NCBI RefSeq assembly: GCF_009914755.1
Contig: NC_060935.1
Source of the DNA: the human T2T-CHM13v2.0 reference genome, Homo sapiens
Length of the DNA: 64,000 nucleotides
Direction: 5' to 3' (one strand)
The stretch's first letter is position 1, and every line of letters begins with the position of its first letter. A program made the translations under genes and the position numbers. Shown here piece by piece: positions 12,051-27,300 of this stretch. The notes beneath the pieces are model-generated. The model saw only the letters and a list, made by a program, of their open reading frames with translations, was not told the origin of the DNA and did not search any database.

Positions 12051-15000
12051 CGGAAGCATTGTGAGAAACTTCTTTGTGATGTTTGCATTCAACTCACAGA
12101 GTTGAACCTTGCTTTCATAGTTCAGCTTTCAAACACTCTTTTTGTAGAATCTGCAAGTGGATATTTGGACCACTTTGTGGCCTTCCTTCGAAACGGGTAT
12201 ATCTTCACATCAAACCTAGACAGAAGCATTCTCAGAATGTTTCCTGTGATGACTGCATTCAACTCACAGAGGTGAACAATCCTGCTGATGGAGCAGTTTT
12301 GAAACTCTCTTTCTTTGCATTCTGCAAGTGGATATGGGGACCTCTGTGAAGATTTCGTTGGAAACGGGTTCATCTTCACAGAAAAACTAAACAGAAGCAT
12401 TCTCAGAAACTGCTTTGTGATGTTTGTGTTCCACTTCAGGAATTGAACTTTCCTCTTGACAGAGCAGCTCTGAAACCCTCTTTTTCTAGAATCTGCAAGT
12501 GGACATTTGGAGGGCTTTGAGGCCTGTGGTGGAAAAGGAAAATCTTCACATAAAAACTTTATGGAAGCATTCTCAGAAACTTCTTTGTGATCATTGCATT
12601 CGACTCACAGAGTTGAACATTCCTATAGATAGAGCAGGTTGTAAACAATCTTTTTCTAGAATCTGCGATTGGAGATTTGGACTGCTTTGAGGCCTACTGT
12701 AGTAAAGGAAATAACTTCATCTAAAAACCAAACGGAAGCATTCACAGACAATTCTTAGTGATCATTGGATTGAACTAAGAGAGCTGAACATTCCTTTAGA
12801 TGGAGCAGTTTCCAAACACACTTTCTGTAGAATCTGCAAGTGGATATTTGGACTTCTCTGAGGATTTCGTTGGAAACGGGATAAACTTCCCAGAACTACA
12901 CGGAAGCATTGTGAGAAACTTCTTTGTGATGTTTGCATTCAACTCACAGAGTTGAACCTTGCTTTCATAGTTCAGCTTTCAAACACTCTTTTTGTAGAAT
13001 CTGCAAGTGGATATTTGGACCACATTGTGGCCTTCCTTCGAAACGGGTATATCTTCCCATCAAACCTAGACAGAAGCATTCTCAGAATGTTTCCTGTGAT
13101 GACTGCATTCAACTCACAGAGGTGAACAATCCTGTTGATGGAGCACTTTTGAAACTCTCTTTCTTTGGATTCTGCAAGTAGATATGTGGACCTCTGTGAA
13201 GATTTCGTTGGAAACGGGTTCATCTTCACAGAAAAACTAAACAGAAGCATTCTCAGAAACTACTTTGTGATGTTTGTGTTCCACTTCAAGAATTGAACTT
13301 TCCTCTTGACAGAGCAGCTCTGAAACCCTCTTTTTCTAGAATCTGCAAGTGGACATTTGGAGGGCTTTGAGGCCTGTGGTGGAAAAGGAAAATCTTCACA
13401 TAAAAACTAGATGGAAGCATTCTCAGAAACTACTTTGTGATGATTGCATTCGACTCACAGAGTTGAACATTCCTATAGATAGAGCAGGTTGTAAACAATC
13501 CTTTTGTAGAATCTGCGATTGGAGATTTGGACTGCTTTGAGGCCTACTGTAGTAATGGAAATTACTTCATCTAAAAACCAAACGGAAGCATTCACAGACA
13601 ATTCTTAGTGATCATTGGATTGAACTAACAGAGCTGAACATTCCTTTAGATGGAGCAGTTTCCAAACACACTTTCTGTAGAACCTGCAAGTGGATATTTG
13701 GACCTCTCTGAGGATTTCGTTGGAAACGGGATAAACTTCCCAGAACTACAGGGAAGCATTGTGAGAAACTTCTTTGTGATGTTTGCATTCAACTCACAGA
13801 GTTGAACCTTGCTTTCATAGTTCAGCTTTCAAACACTCTTTTTGTAGAATCTGCAAGTGGATATTTGGACCACTTTGTGGCCTTCCTTCGAAACGGGTAT
13901 ATCTTCACATCAAACCTAGACAGAAGCATTCTCAGAATGTTTCCTGTGATGACTGCATTCAACTCACAGAGGTGAACAATCCTGCTGATGGAGCAGTTTT
14001 GAAACTCTCTTTCTTTGGATTCTGCAAGTGGATATGGGGACCTCTGTGAAGATTTCGTTGGAAACGGGTTCATCTTCACAGAAAAACTAAACAGAAACAT
14101 TCTCACAAACTACTTTGTGATGTTTGTGTTCCACTTCAGGAATTGAACTTTCCTCTTGACAGAGCAGCTCTGAAACCCTCTTATTCTATAATCTGCAAGT
14201 GGACATTTGGAGGGCTTTGAGGCCTGTGGTGGAAAAGGAAAATCTTCACATAAAAACTAGATGGAAGCATTCTCAGAAACTACTTTGTGATGATTGCATT
14301 CGACTCACAGAGTTGAACATTCCTATAGATAGAGCAGGTTGTAAACAATCTTTTTGTAGAATCTGCGATTGGAGATTTGGACTGCTTTGAGGCCTACTGT
14401 AGTAAAGGAAATAACTTCATCTAAAAACCAAACGGAAGCATTCACAGACAATTCTTAGTGATCATTGCATTGAACTAACAGAGCTGAACATTCCTTTAGA
14501 TGGAGCAGTTTCCAAACACACTTTCTGTAGAACCTGCAAGTGGATATTTGGACCTCTCTGAGGATTTCGTTGGAAACGGGATAAACTTCCCAGAGCTACA
14601 CGGAAGCATTGTGAGAAACTTCTTTGTGATGTTTGCATTCAACTCACAGAGTTGAACCTTGCTTTCATAGTTCAGCTTTCAAACACTCTTTTTGTAGAAT
14701 CTGCAAGTGGATATTTGGACCACTTTGTGGCCTTCCTTCGAAACGGGTATATCTTCACATCAAACCTAGACAGAAGCATTCTCAGAATGTTTCCTGTGAT
14801 GACTGCATTCAACTCACAGAGGTGAACAATCCTGCTGATGGAGCAGTTTTGAACCTCTCTTTCTTTGGATTCTGCAAGTGGATATGTGTACCACTGTGAA
14901 GATTTCGTTGGAAACGGGTTCATCTTCACAGAAAAACTAAACAGAAGCATTCTCAGAAACTGCTTTGTGATGTTTGTGTTCCACTTCAGGAATTGAACTT

Positions 15001-18000
15001 TCCTCTTGACAGAGCAGCTCTGAAACCCTCTTATTCTAGAATCTGCAAGTGGACATTTGGAGGGCTTTGAGGCCTGTGGTGGAAATGAAAATCTTCACAT
15101 AAAAACTAGATGGAAGCATTCTCAGAAACTTCTTTGTGATCATTGCATTCGACTCACAGAGTTGAACATTCCTATAGATAGAGCAGGTTGTAAACAATCT
15201 TTTTCTAGAATCTGCGATTGGAGATTTGGACTGCTTTGAGGCCTACTGTAGTAAAGGAAATAACTTCATCTAAAAACCAAACGGAAGCATTCACAGACAA
15301 TTCTTAGTGATCATTGGATTGAACTAAGAGAGCTGAACATTCCTTTAGATGGAGCAGTTTCCAAACACACTTTCTGTAGAATCTGCAAGTGGATATTTGG
15401 ACTTCTCTGAGGATTTCGTTGGAAACGGGATAAACTTCCCAGAACTACACGGAAGCATTGTGAGAAACTTCTTTGTGATGTTTGCATTCAACTCACAGAG
15501 TTGAACCTTGCTTTCATAGTTCAGCTTTCAAACACTCTTTTTGTAGAATCTGCAAGTGGATATTTGGACCACATTGTGGCCTTCCTTCGAAACGGGTATA
15601 TCTTCCCATCAAACCTAGACAGAAGCATTCTCAGAATGTTTCCTGTGATGACTGCATTCAACTCACAGAGGTGAACAATCCTGTTGATGGAGCACTTTTG
15701 AAACTCTCTTTCTTTGGATTCTGCAAGTAGATATGTGGACCTCTGTGAAGATTTCGTTGGAAACGGGTTCATCTTCACAGAAAAACTAAACAGAAGCATT
15801 CTCAGAAACTACTTTGTGATGTTTGTGTTCCACTTCAAGAATTGAACTTTCCTCTTGACAGAGCAGCTCTGAAACCCTCTTTTTCTAGAATCTGCAAGTG
15901 GACATTTGGAGGGCTTTGAGGCCTGTGGTGGAAAAGGAAAATCTTCACATAAAAACTAGATGGAAGCATTCTCAGAAACTACTTTGTGATGATTGCATTC
16001 GACTCACAGAGTTGAACATTCCTATAGATAGAGCAGGTTGTAAACAATCCTTTTGTAGAATCTGCGATTGGAGATTTGGACTGCTTTGAGGCCTACTGTA
16101 GTAATGGAAATAACTTCATCTAAAAACCAAACGGAAGCATTCACAGACAATTCTTAGTGATCATTGCATTGAACTAACAGAGCTGAACATTCCTTTAGAT
16201 GGAGCAGTTTCCAAACACACTTTCTGTAGAACCTGCAAGTGGATATTTGGACCTCTCTGAGGATTTCGTTGGAAACGGGATAAACTTCCCAGAGCTACAC
16301 GGAAGCATTGTGAGAAACTTCTTTGTGATGTTTGCATTCAACTCACAGAGTTGAACCTTGCTTTCATAGTTCAGCTTTCAAACACTCTTTTTGTAGAATC
16401 TGCAAGTGGATATTTGGACCACTTTGTGGCCTTCCTTCGAAACGGGTATATCTTCACATCAAACCTAGACAGAAGCATTCTCAGAATGTTTCCTGTGATG
16501 ACTGCATTCAACTCACAGAGGTGAACAATCCTGCTGATGGAGCAGTTTTGAACCTCTCTTTCTTTGGATTCTGCAAGTGGATATGTGTACCACTGTGAAG
16601 ATTTCGTTGGAAACGGGTTCATCTTCACAGAAAAACTAAACAGAAGCATTCTCAGAAACTGCTTTGTGATGTTTGTGTTCCACTTCAGGAATTGAACTTT
16701 CCTCTTGACAGAGCAGCTCTGAAACCCTCTTATTCTAGAATCTGCAAGTGGACATTTGGAGGGCTTTGAGGCCTGTGGTGGAAATGAAAATCTTCACATA
16801 AAAACTAGATGGAAGCATTCTCAGAAACTACTTTGTGATGATTGCATTCGACTCACAGAGTTGAACATTCCTATAGATAGAGCAGGTTGTAAACAATCTT
16901 TTTGTAGAATCTGCGATTGGAGATTTGGACTGCTTTGAGGCCTACTGTAGTAAAGGAAATAACTTCATCTAAAAACCAAACGGAAGCATTCACAGACAAT
17001 TCTTAGTGATCATTGCATTGAACTAACAGAGCTGAACATTCCTTTACATGGCGCAGTTTCCAAACACACTTTCTGTAGAATCTGCAAGTGGATATTTGGA
17101 CCTCTCTGAGGATTTCGTTGGAAACGGGATAAACTTCCCAGAACTACACGGAAGCATTGTGAGAAACTTCTTTGTGATGTTTGCATTCAACTCACAGAGT
17201 TGAACCTTGCTTTCATAGTTCAGCTTTCAAACCCTCTTTTTCTAGAATCTGCAAGTGGATATTTGGACCACTTTGTGGCCTTCCTTCGAAACGGATATAT
17301 CTTCACATCAAACCTAGACAGAAGCATTCTCAGAATGTTTCCTGTCATGACTGCATTCAACTCCCTGAGGTGAACAATCCTGCTGATGGAGCAGTTTTGA
17401 ACCTCTCTTTCTTTGGATTCTGCAAGTGGATATGTGTACCACTGTGAAGATTTCGTTGGAAACGGGTTCATCTTCACAGAAAAACTAAACAGAAGCATTC
17501 TCAGAAACTGCTTTGTGATGTTTGTGTTCCACTTCAGGAATTGAACTTTCCTCTTGACAGAGCAGCTCTGAAACCCTCTTTTTCTAGAATCTGCAAGTGG
17601 ACATTTGGAGGGCTTTGAGGCCTGTGGTGGAAAAGGAAAATCTTCACATAAAAACTTTATGGAAGCATTCTCAGAAACTTCTTTGTGATCATTGCATTCG
17701 ACTCACAGAGTTGAACATTCCTATAGATAGAGCAGGTTGTAAACAATCTTTTTGTAGAATCTGCGATTGGAGATTTGGACTGCTTTGAGGCCTACTGTAG
17801 TAAAGGAAATAACTTCATCTAAAAACCAAACGGAAGCATTCACAGACAATTCTTAGTGATCATTGGATTGAACTAACAGAGCTGAACATTCCTTTAGATG
17901 GAGCAGTTTCCAAACACACTTTCTGTAGAATCTGCAAGTGGATATTTGGACTTCTCTGAGGATTTCGTTGGAAACGGGATAAACTTCCCAGAACTACACG

Positions 18001-21000
18001 GAAGCATTGTGAGAAACTTCTTTGTGATGTTTGCATTCAACTCACAGAGTTGAACCTTGCTTTCATAGTTCAGCTTTCAAACACTCTTTTTGTAGAATCT
18101 GCAAGTGGATATTTGGACCACATTGTGGCCTTCCTTCGAAACGGGTATATCTTCCCATCAAACCTAGACAGAAGCATTCTCAGAATGTTTCCTGTGATGA
18201 CTGCATTCAACTCACAGAGGTGAACAATCCTGTTGATGGAGCACTTTTGAAACTCTCTTTCTTTGGATTCTGCAAGTAGATATGTGGACCTCTGTGAAGA
18301 TTTCGTTGGAAACGGGTTCATCTTCACAGAAAAACTAAACAGAAGCATTCTCAGAAACTACTTTGTGATGTTTGTGTTCCACTTCAAGAATTGAACTTTC
18401 CTCTTGACAGAGCAGCTCTGAAACCCTCTTTTTCTAGAATCTGCAAGTGGACATTTGGAGGGCTTTGAGGCCTGTGGTGGAAAAGGAAAATCTTCACATA
18501 AAAACTAGATGGAAGCATTCTCAGAAACTACTTTGTGATGATTGCATTCGACTCACAGAGTTGAACATTCCTATAGATAGAGCAGGTTGTAAACAATCTT
18601 TTTGTAGAATCTGCGATTGGAGATTTGGACTGCCTTGAGGCCTACTGTAGTAATGGAAATTAATTCATCTAAAAACCAAACGGAAGCATTCACAGACAAT
18701 TCTTAGTGATCATTGCATTGAACTAACAGAGCTGAACATTCCTTTAGATGGAGCAGTTTCCAAACACACTTTCTGTAGAACCTGCAAGTGGATATTTGGA
18801 CCTCTCTGAGGATTTCGTTGGAAACGGGATAAACTTCCCAGAACTACACGGAAGCATTGTGAGAAACTTCTTTGTGATGTTTGCATTCAACTCACAGAGT
18901 TGAACCTTGCTTTCATAGTTCAGCTTTCAAACACTCTTTTTGTAGAATCTGCAAGTGGATATTTGGACCACTTTGTGGCCTTCCTTCGAAACGGGTATAT
19001 CTTCACATCAAACCTAGACAGAAGCATTCTCAGAATGTTTCCTGTGATGACTGCATTCAACTCACAGAGGTGAACAATCCTGCTGATGGAGCAGTTTTGA
19101 AACTCTCTTTCTTTGCATTCTGCAAGTGGATATGGGGACCTCTGTGAAGATTTCTTTGGAAACGGGTTCATCTTCACAGAAAAACTAAACAGAAGCATTC
19201 TCAGAAACTGCTTTGTGATGTTTGTGTTCCACTTCAGGAATTGAACTTTCCTCTTGACAGAGCAGCTCTGAAACCCTCTTTTTCTAGAATCTGCAAGTGG
19301 ACATTTGGAGGGCTTTGAGGCCTGTGGTGGAAAAGGAAAATCTTCACATAAAAACTTTATGGAAGCATTCTCAGAAACTTCTTTGTGATCATTGCATTCG
19401 ACTCACAGAGTTGAACATTCCTATAGATAGAGCAGGTTGTAAACAATCTTTTTGTAGAATCTGCGATTGGAGATTTGGACTGCTTTGAGGCCTACTGTAG
19501 TAAAGGAAATAACTTCATCTAAAAACCAATCGGAAGCATTCACAGACAATTCTTAGTGATCATTGGATTGAACTAACAGAGCTGAACATTCCTTTAGATG
19601 GAGCAGTTTCCAAACACACTTTCTGTAGAATCTGCAAGTGGATATTTGGACTTCTCTGAGGATTTCGTTGGAAACGGGATAAACTTCCCAGAACTACACG
19701 GAAGCATTGTGAGAAACTTCTTTGTGATGTTTGCATTCAACTCACAGAGTTGAACCTTGCTTTCATAGTTCAGCTTTCAAACACTCTTTTTGTAGAATCT
19801 GCAAGTGGATATTTGGACCACATTGTGGCCTTCCTTCGAAACGGGTATATCTTCCCATCAAACCTAGACAGAAGCATTCTCAGAATGTTTCCTGTGATGA
19901 CTGCATTCAACTCACAGAGGTGAACAATCCTGTTGATGGAGCACTTTTGAACCTCTCTTTCTTTGGATTCTGCAAGTAGATATGTGGACCTCTGTGAAGA
20001 TTTCGTTGGAAACGGGTTCATCTTCACAGAAAAACTAAACAGAAGCATTCTCAGAAACTACTTTGTGATGTTTGTGTTCCACTTCAAGAATTGAACTTTC
20101 CTCTTGACAGAGCAGCTCTGAAACCCTCTTATTCTAGAATCTGCAAGTGGACATTTGGAGGGCTTTGAGGCCTGTGGTGGAAAAGGAAAATCTTCACATA
20201 AAAACTAGATGGAAGCATTCTCAGAAACTACTTTGTGATGATTGCATTCGACTCACAGAGTTGAACATTCCTATAGATAGAGCAGGTTGTAAACAATCTT
20301 TTTGTAGAATCTGCGATTGGAGATTTGGACTGCTTTGAGGCCTACTGTAGTAAAGGAAATAACTTCATCTAAAAACCAAACGGAAGCATTCACAGACAAT
20401 TCTTAGTGATCATTGCATTGAACTAACAGAGCTGAACATTCCTTTACATGGCGCAGTTTCCAAACACACTTTCTGTAGAATCTGCAAGTGGATATTTGGA
20501 CCTCTCTGAGGATTTCGTTGGAAACGGGATAAACTTCCCAGAACTACACGGAAGCATTGTGAGAAACTTCTTTGTGATGTTTGCATTCAACTCACAGAGT
20601 TGAACCTTGCTTTCATAGTTCAGCTTTCAAACCCTCTTTTTGTAGAATCTGCAAGTGGATATTTGGACCACTTTGTGGCCTTCCTTCGAAACGGATATAT
20701 CTTCACATCAAACCTAGACAGAAGCATTCTCAGAATGTTTCCTGTCATGACTGCATTCAACTCCCTGAGGTGAACAATCCTGCTGATGGAGCAGTTTTGA
20801 ACCTCTCTTTCTTTGGATTCTGCAAGTGGATATGTGTACCACTGTGAAGATTTCGTTGGAAACGGGTTCATCTTCACAGAAAAACTAAACAGAAGCATTC
20901 TCAGAAACTGCTTTGTGATGTTTGTGTTCCACTTCAGGAATTGAACTTTCCTCTTGACAGAGCAGCTCTGAAACCCTCTTTTTCTAGAATCTGCAAGTGG

Positions 21001-24000
21001 ACATTTGGAGGGCTTTGAGGCCTGTGGTGGAAAAGGAAAATCTTCACATAAAAACTTTATGGAAGCATTCTCAGAAACTTCTTTGTGATCATTGCATTCG
21101 ACTCACAGAGTTGAACATTCCTATAGATAGAGCAGGTTGTAAACAATCTTTTTGTAGAATCTGCGATTGGAGATTTGGACTGCTTTGAGGCCTACTGTAG
21201 TAAAGGAAATAACTTCATCTAAAAACCAAACGGAAGCATTCACAGACAATTCTTAGTGATCATTGGATTGAACTAACAGAGCTGAACATTCCTTTAGATG
21301 GCGCAGTTTCCAAACACACTTTCTGTAGAATCTGCAAGTGGATATTTGGACTTCTCTGAGGATTTCGTTGGAAACGGGATAAACTTCCCAGAACTACACG
21401 GAAGCATTGTGAGAAACTTCTTTGTGATGTTTGCATTCAACTCACAGAGTTGAACCTTGCTTTCATAGTTCAGCTTTCAAACACTCTTTTTGTAGAATCT
21501 GCAAGTCGATATTTTGACCACTTTTTGGGCTTCCTTCGAAACGGGTATATCTTCACATCAAACCTAGACAGAAACATTCTCAGAATGTTTCCTGTGATGA
21601 CTGCATTCAACTCACAGAGGTGAACAATCCTGCTGATGGAGCAGTTTTGAAACTCTCTTTCTTTGGATTCTGCAAGTGGATATGTGGACCTCTGTGAAGA
21701 TTTCGTTGGAAACGGGTTCATCTTCACAGAAAAACTAAACAGGAGCATTCTCAGAAACTGCTTTGTGATGTTTGTGTTCCACTTCAAGAATTGAACTTTC
21801 CTCTTGACAGAGCAGCTCTGAAACCCTATTTTTCTAGAATATGCAAGTGGACATTTGGAGGGCTTTGAGGCCTGTGGTGGAAAAGGAAAATCTTCACATA
21901 AAAACTAGATGGAAGCATTCTCAGAAACTACTTTGTGATGATTGCATTCGACGCACAGAGTTGAACATTCCTATAGATAGAGCAGGTTGTAAACAATCTT
22001 TTTGTAGAATCTGCGATTGGAGATTTGGACTGCTTTGAGGCCTACTGTAGTAAAGGAAATAACTTCATCTAAAAACCAAACGGAAGCATTCACAGACAAT
22101 TCTTAGTGATCATTGCATTGAACTAACAGAGCTGAACATTCCTTTAGATGGAGCAGTTTCCAAACCCACTTTCTGTAGAATCTTCAAGTGGATATTTGGA
22201 CTTCTCTGAGGATTTCGTTGGAAACGGGATAAACTTCCCAGAACTACACGGAAGCATTGTGAGAAACTTCTTTGTGATGTTTGCATTCAACTCACAGAGT
22301 TGAACCTTGCTTTCATAGTTCAGCTTTCAAACACTCTTTTTGTAGAATCTGCAAGTGGATATTTGGACCACTTTGTGGCCTTCCTTCGAAACGGGTATAT
22401 CTTCCCATCAAACCTAGACAGAAGCATTCTCAGAATGTTTCCTGTGATGACTGCATTCAACTCACAGAGGTGAACAATCCTGTTGATGGAGCACTTTTGA
22501 AACTCTCTTTCTTTGGATTCTGCAAGTTGATATGTGGACCTCTGTGAAGATTTCGTTGGAAACGGGTTCATCTTCACAGAAAAACTAAACAGAAGCATTC
22601 TCTGAAACTACTTTGTGATGTTTGTGTTCCACTTCTAGAATTGAACTTTCCTCTTGACAGAGCAGCTCTGAAACCCTCTTTTTCTAGAATCTGCAAGTGG
22701 ACATTTGGAGGGCTTTGAGGCCTGTGGTGGAAAAGGAAAATCTTCACATAAAAACTAGATGGAAGCATTCTCAGAAACTACTTTGTGATGATTGCATTCG
22801 ACTCACAGAGTTGAACATTCCTATAGATAGAGCAGGTTGTAAACAATCTTTTTGTAGAATCTGCGATTGGAGATTTGGACTGCTTTGAGGCCTACTGTAG
22901 TAAAGGAAATAACTTCATCTAAAAACCAAACGGAAGCATTCACAGACAATTCTTAGTGATCATTGCATTGAACTAACAGAGCTGAACATTCCTTTAGATG
23001 GCGCAGTTTCCAAACACACTTTCTGTAGAATCTGCAAGTGGATATTTGGACCTCTCTGAGGATTTCGTTGGAAACGGGATAAACTTCCCAGAACTACACG
23101 GAAGCATGCTGAGAAACTTCTTTGTGATGTTTGCATTCAACTCACAGAGTTGAACCTTGCTTTCATAGTTCAGCTTTCAAACACTCTTTTTGTAGAATCT
23201 GCAAGTGGATATTTGGACCACTTTGTGGCCTTCCTTCGAAACGGGTATATCTTCACATCAAACCTAGACAGAAGCATTCTCAGAATGTTTCCTGTGATGA
23301 CTGCATTCAACTCACAGAGGTGAACAATCCTGCTGATGGAGCAATTTTGAAACTCTCTTTCTTTGGATTCTGCAAGTGGATATGTGGACCTCTGTGAAGA
23401 TTTCGTTGGAAACGGGTTCATCTTCACAGAAAAACTAAACAGAAGCATTCTCAGAAACTGCTTTGTGATGTTTGTGTTCCACTTCAGGAATTGAACTTTC
23501 CTCTTGACAGAGCAGCTCTGAAACCCTCTTATTCTATAATCTGCAAGTGGACATTTGGAGGGCTTTGAGGCCTGTGGTGGAAAAGGAAAATCTTCACATA
23601 AAAACTAGATGGAAGCATTCTCAGAAACTACTTTGTGATGATTGCATTCGACTCACAGAGTTGAACATTCCTATAGATAGAGCAGGTTGTAAACAATCTT
23701 TTTGTAGAATCTGCGATTGGAGATTTGGACTGCTTTGAGGCCTACTGTAGTAAAGGAAATAACTTCATCTAAAAACCAAACGGAAGCATTCACAGACAAT
23801 TCTTAGTGATCATTGCATTGAACTAACAGAGCTGAACATTCCTTTAGATGGCGCAGTTTCCAAACACACTTTCTGTAGAATCTGAAAGTGGATATTTGGA
23901 CTTCTCTGAGAATTTCGTTGGAAACGGGATAAACTTCCCAGAACTACACGGAAGCATTGTGAGAAACTTCTTTGTGATGTTTGCATTCAACTCACAGAGT

Positions 24001-24399
24001 TGAAACTTGCTTTCATAGTTCAGCTTTCAAACACTCTTTTTGTAGAATCTGCAAGTGGATATTTGGACCACTTTGTGGCCTTCCTTCGAAACGGGTATAT
24101 CTTCACATCAAACCTAGACATAAGCATTCTCAGAATGTTTCCTGTGAAGACTGCATTCAACTCACAGAGATGAACAATCCTGTTGATGGAGCACTTTGGA
24201 AACTCTCTTTCTTTGGATTCTGCAAGTTGATATGTGGACCTCTGTGAAGATTTCGTTGGAAACGGGTTCATCTTCACAGAAAAACTAAACAGAAGCATTC
24301 TCAAAAACTACTTTGTGATGTTTGTGTTCCACTTCAAGAATTGAACTTTCCTCTTGACAGAGCAGTTCTGAAAACCTCTTTTTCTAGAATCTGCAAGTG

Positions 24400-27300
24400 G
24401 ACATTTGGAGGGCTTTGAGGCCTGTGGTGGAAAAGGAAAATCTTCACATAAAAACTAGATGGAAGCATTCTCAGAAACTACTTTGTGATGATTGCATTCG
24501 ACTCACAGAGTTGAACATTCCTATAGATAGAGCAGGTTGTAAACAATCTTTTTGTAGAATCTGCGATTGGAGATTCGGACTGCTTTGAGGCCTACTGTAG
24601 TAAAGGAAATAACTTCATCTAAAAACCAAACGGAAGCATTCACAGACAATTCTTAGTGATCATTGCATTGAACTAACAGAGCTGAACATTCCTTTACATG
24701 GCGCAGTTTCCAAACACACTTTCTGTAGAATCTGCAAGTGGATATTTGGACCTCTCTGAGGATTTCGTTGGAAACGGGATAAACTTCCCAGAACTACACG
24801 GAAGCATGCTGAGAAACTTCTTTGTGATGTTTGCATTCAACTCACAGAGTTGAACCTTGCTTTCATAGTTCAGCTTTCAAACACTTTTTTTGTAGAATCT
24901 GCAAGTGGATATTTGGACCACTTTGTGGCCTTCCTTCGAAACGGGTATATCTTCACATCAAACCTAGACAGAAGCATTCTCAGAATGTTTCCTGTGATGA
25001 CTGCATTCAACTCACAGAGGTGAACAATCCTGCTGATGGAGGAGTTTTGAAACTCTCTTTCTTTGGATTCTGCAAGTGGATATGTGGACCTCTGTGAAGA
25101 TTTCGTTGGAAACGGGTTCATCTTCACAGAAAAACTAAACAGAAGCATTCTCAGAAACTGCTTTGTGATGTTTGTGTTCCACTTCAGGAATTGAACTTTC
25201 CTCTTGACAGAGCAGCTCTGAAACCCTCTTATTCTAGAATCTGCAAGTGGACATTTGGAGGGCTTTGAGGCCTGTGGTGGAAAAGGAAAATCTTCACATA
25301 AAAACTAGATGGAAGCATTCTCAGAAACTACTTTGTGATGATTGCATTCGACTCACAGAGTTGAACATTCCTATAGATAGAGCAGGTTGTAAACAATCTT
25401 TTTCTAGAATCTGCTATTGGAGATTTGGACTCCTTTGAGGCCTACTGTAGTAAAGGAAATAACTTCATCTAAAAACCAAACGGAAGCATTCACAGACAAT
25501 TCTCAGGATCATTGGATTGAACTAACAGAGCTGAACATTCCTTTAGATGGAGCAGTTTCCAAACACACTTTCTGTAGAATCTGCAAGTGGATATTTGGAC
25601 TTCTCTGAGAATTTCGTTGGAAAAGGGATAAACTTCCCAGAACTACACGGAAGCATTGTGAGAAACTTCTTTGTGATGTTTGCATTCAACTCACAGAGTT
25701 GAACCTTGCTTTCATAGTTCAGCTTTCAAACACTCTTTTTGTAGAATCTGCAAGTGGATATTTGGACCACTTTGTGGCCTTCCTTCGAAACGGGTATATC
25801 TTCACATCAAACCTAGACAGAAGCATTCTCAGAATGTTTCCTGTGATGACTGCATTCAACTCACAGAGGTGAACAATCCTGCTGATGGAGCAGTTTTGAA
25901 ACTCTCTTTCTTTGGATTCTGCATGTGGATATGTTGACCTCTGTGAAGATTTCGTTGGAAACGGGTTCATCTTCACAGAAAAACTAAACAGGAGCATTCT
26001 CAGAAACTGCTTTGTGATGTTTGTGTTCCACTTCAAGAATTGAACTTTCCTCTTGACAGAGCAGCTCTGAAACCCTCTTTTTCTAGAATCTGCAAGTGGA
26101 CATTTGGAAGGATTTGAGGCCTGTGGTGGAAAAGGAAAATCTTCATATAAAAACTAGATGGAAGCATTCTCAGAAACTACTTTGTGATGATTGCATTCGA
26201 CTCACAGAGTTGAACATTCCTATAGATAGAGCAGGTTGTAAACAATCTTTTTGTAGAATCTGCGATTGGAGATTTGGACTGCTTTGAGGCCTACTGTAGT
26301 AAAGGAAATAACTTCATCTAAAAACCAAACGGAAGCATTTACAGACAATTCTTAGTGATCATTGGATTGAACTAACAGAGCTGAACATTCCTTTAGATGG
26401 AGCAGTTTCCAAACCCACTTTCTGTAGAATCTGCAAGTGGATATTTGGACTTCTCTGAGGATTTCGTTGGAAACGGGATAAACTTCCCAGAACTACAGGG
26501 AAGCATTGTGAGAAACTTCTTTGTGATGTTTGCATTCAACTCACAGAGTTGAACCTTGCTTTCATAGTTCAGCTTTCAAACACTCTTTTTGTAGAATCTG
26601 CAAGTGGATATTTGGACCACTTTGGGGCCTTCCTTCGAAACGGGTATATCTTCACATCAAACCTAGACAGAAGCATTCTCAGAATGTTTCCTGTGATGAC
26701 TGCATTCAACTCACAGAGGTGAACAATCCTGTTGATGGAGCACTTTTGAAACTCTCTTTCTTTGGATTCTGCAAGTTGATATGTGGACCTCTGTGAAGAT
26801 TTCGTTGGAAACGGGTTCATCTTCACAGAAAAACTAAACAGAAGCATTCTCAGAAACTACTTTGTGATGTTTGTGTTCCACTTCAAGAATTGAACTTTCC
26901 TCTTGACAGAGCAGCTCTGAAACCCTCTTTTTCTAGAATCTGCAAGTGGACATTTGGAGGGCTTTGAGGCCTGTGGTGGAAAAGGAAAATCTTCACATAA
27001 AAACTAGATGGAAGCATTCTCAGAAACTACTTTGTGATGATTGCATTCGACTCACAGAGTTGAACATTCCTATAGATAGAGCAGGTTGTAAACAATCTTT
27101 TTGTAGAATCTGCGATTGGAGATTCGGACTGCTTTGAGGCCTACTGTAGTAAAGGAAATAACTTCATCTAAAAACCAAACGGAAGCATTCACAGACAATT
27201 CTTAGTGATCATTGCATTGAACTAACAGAGCTGAACATTCCTTTACATGGCGCAGTTTCCAAACACACTTTCTGTAGAATCTGCAAGTGGATATTTGGAC

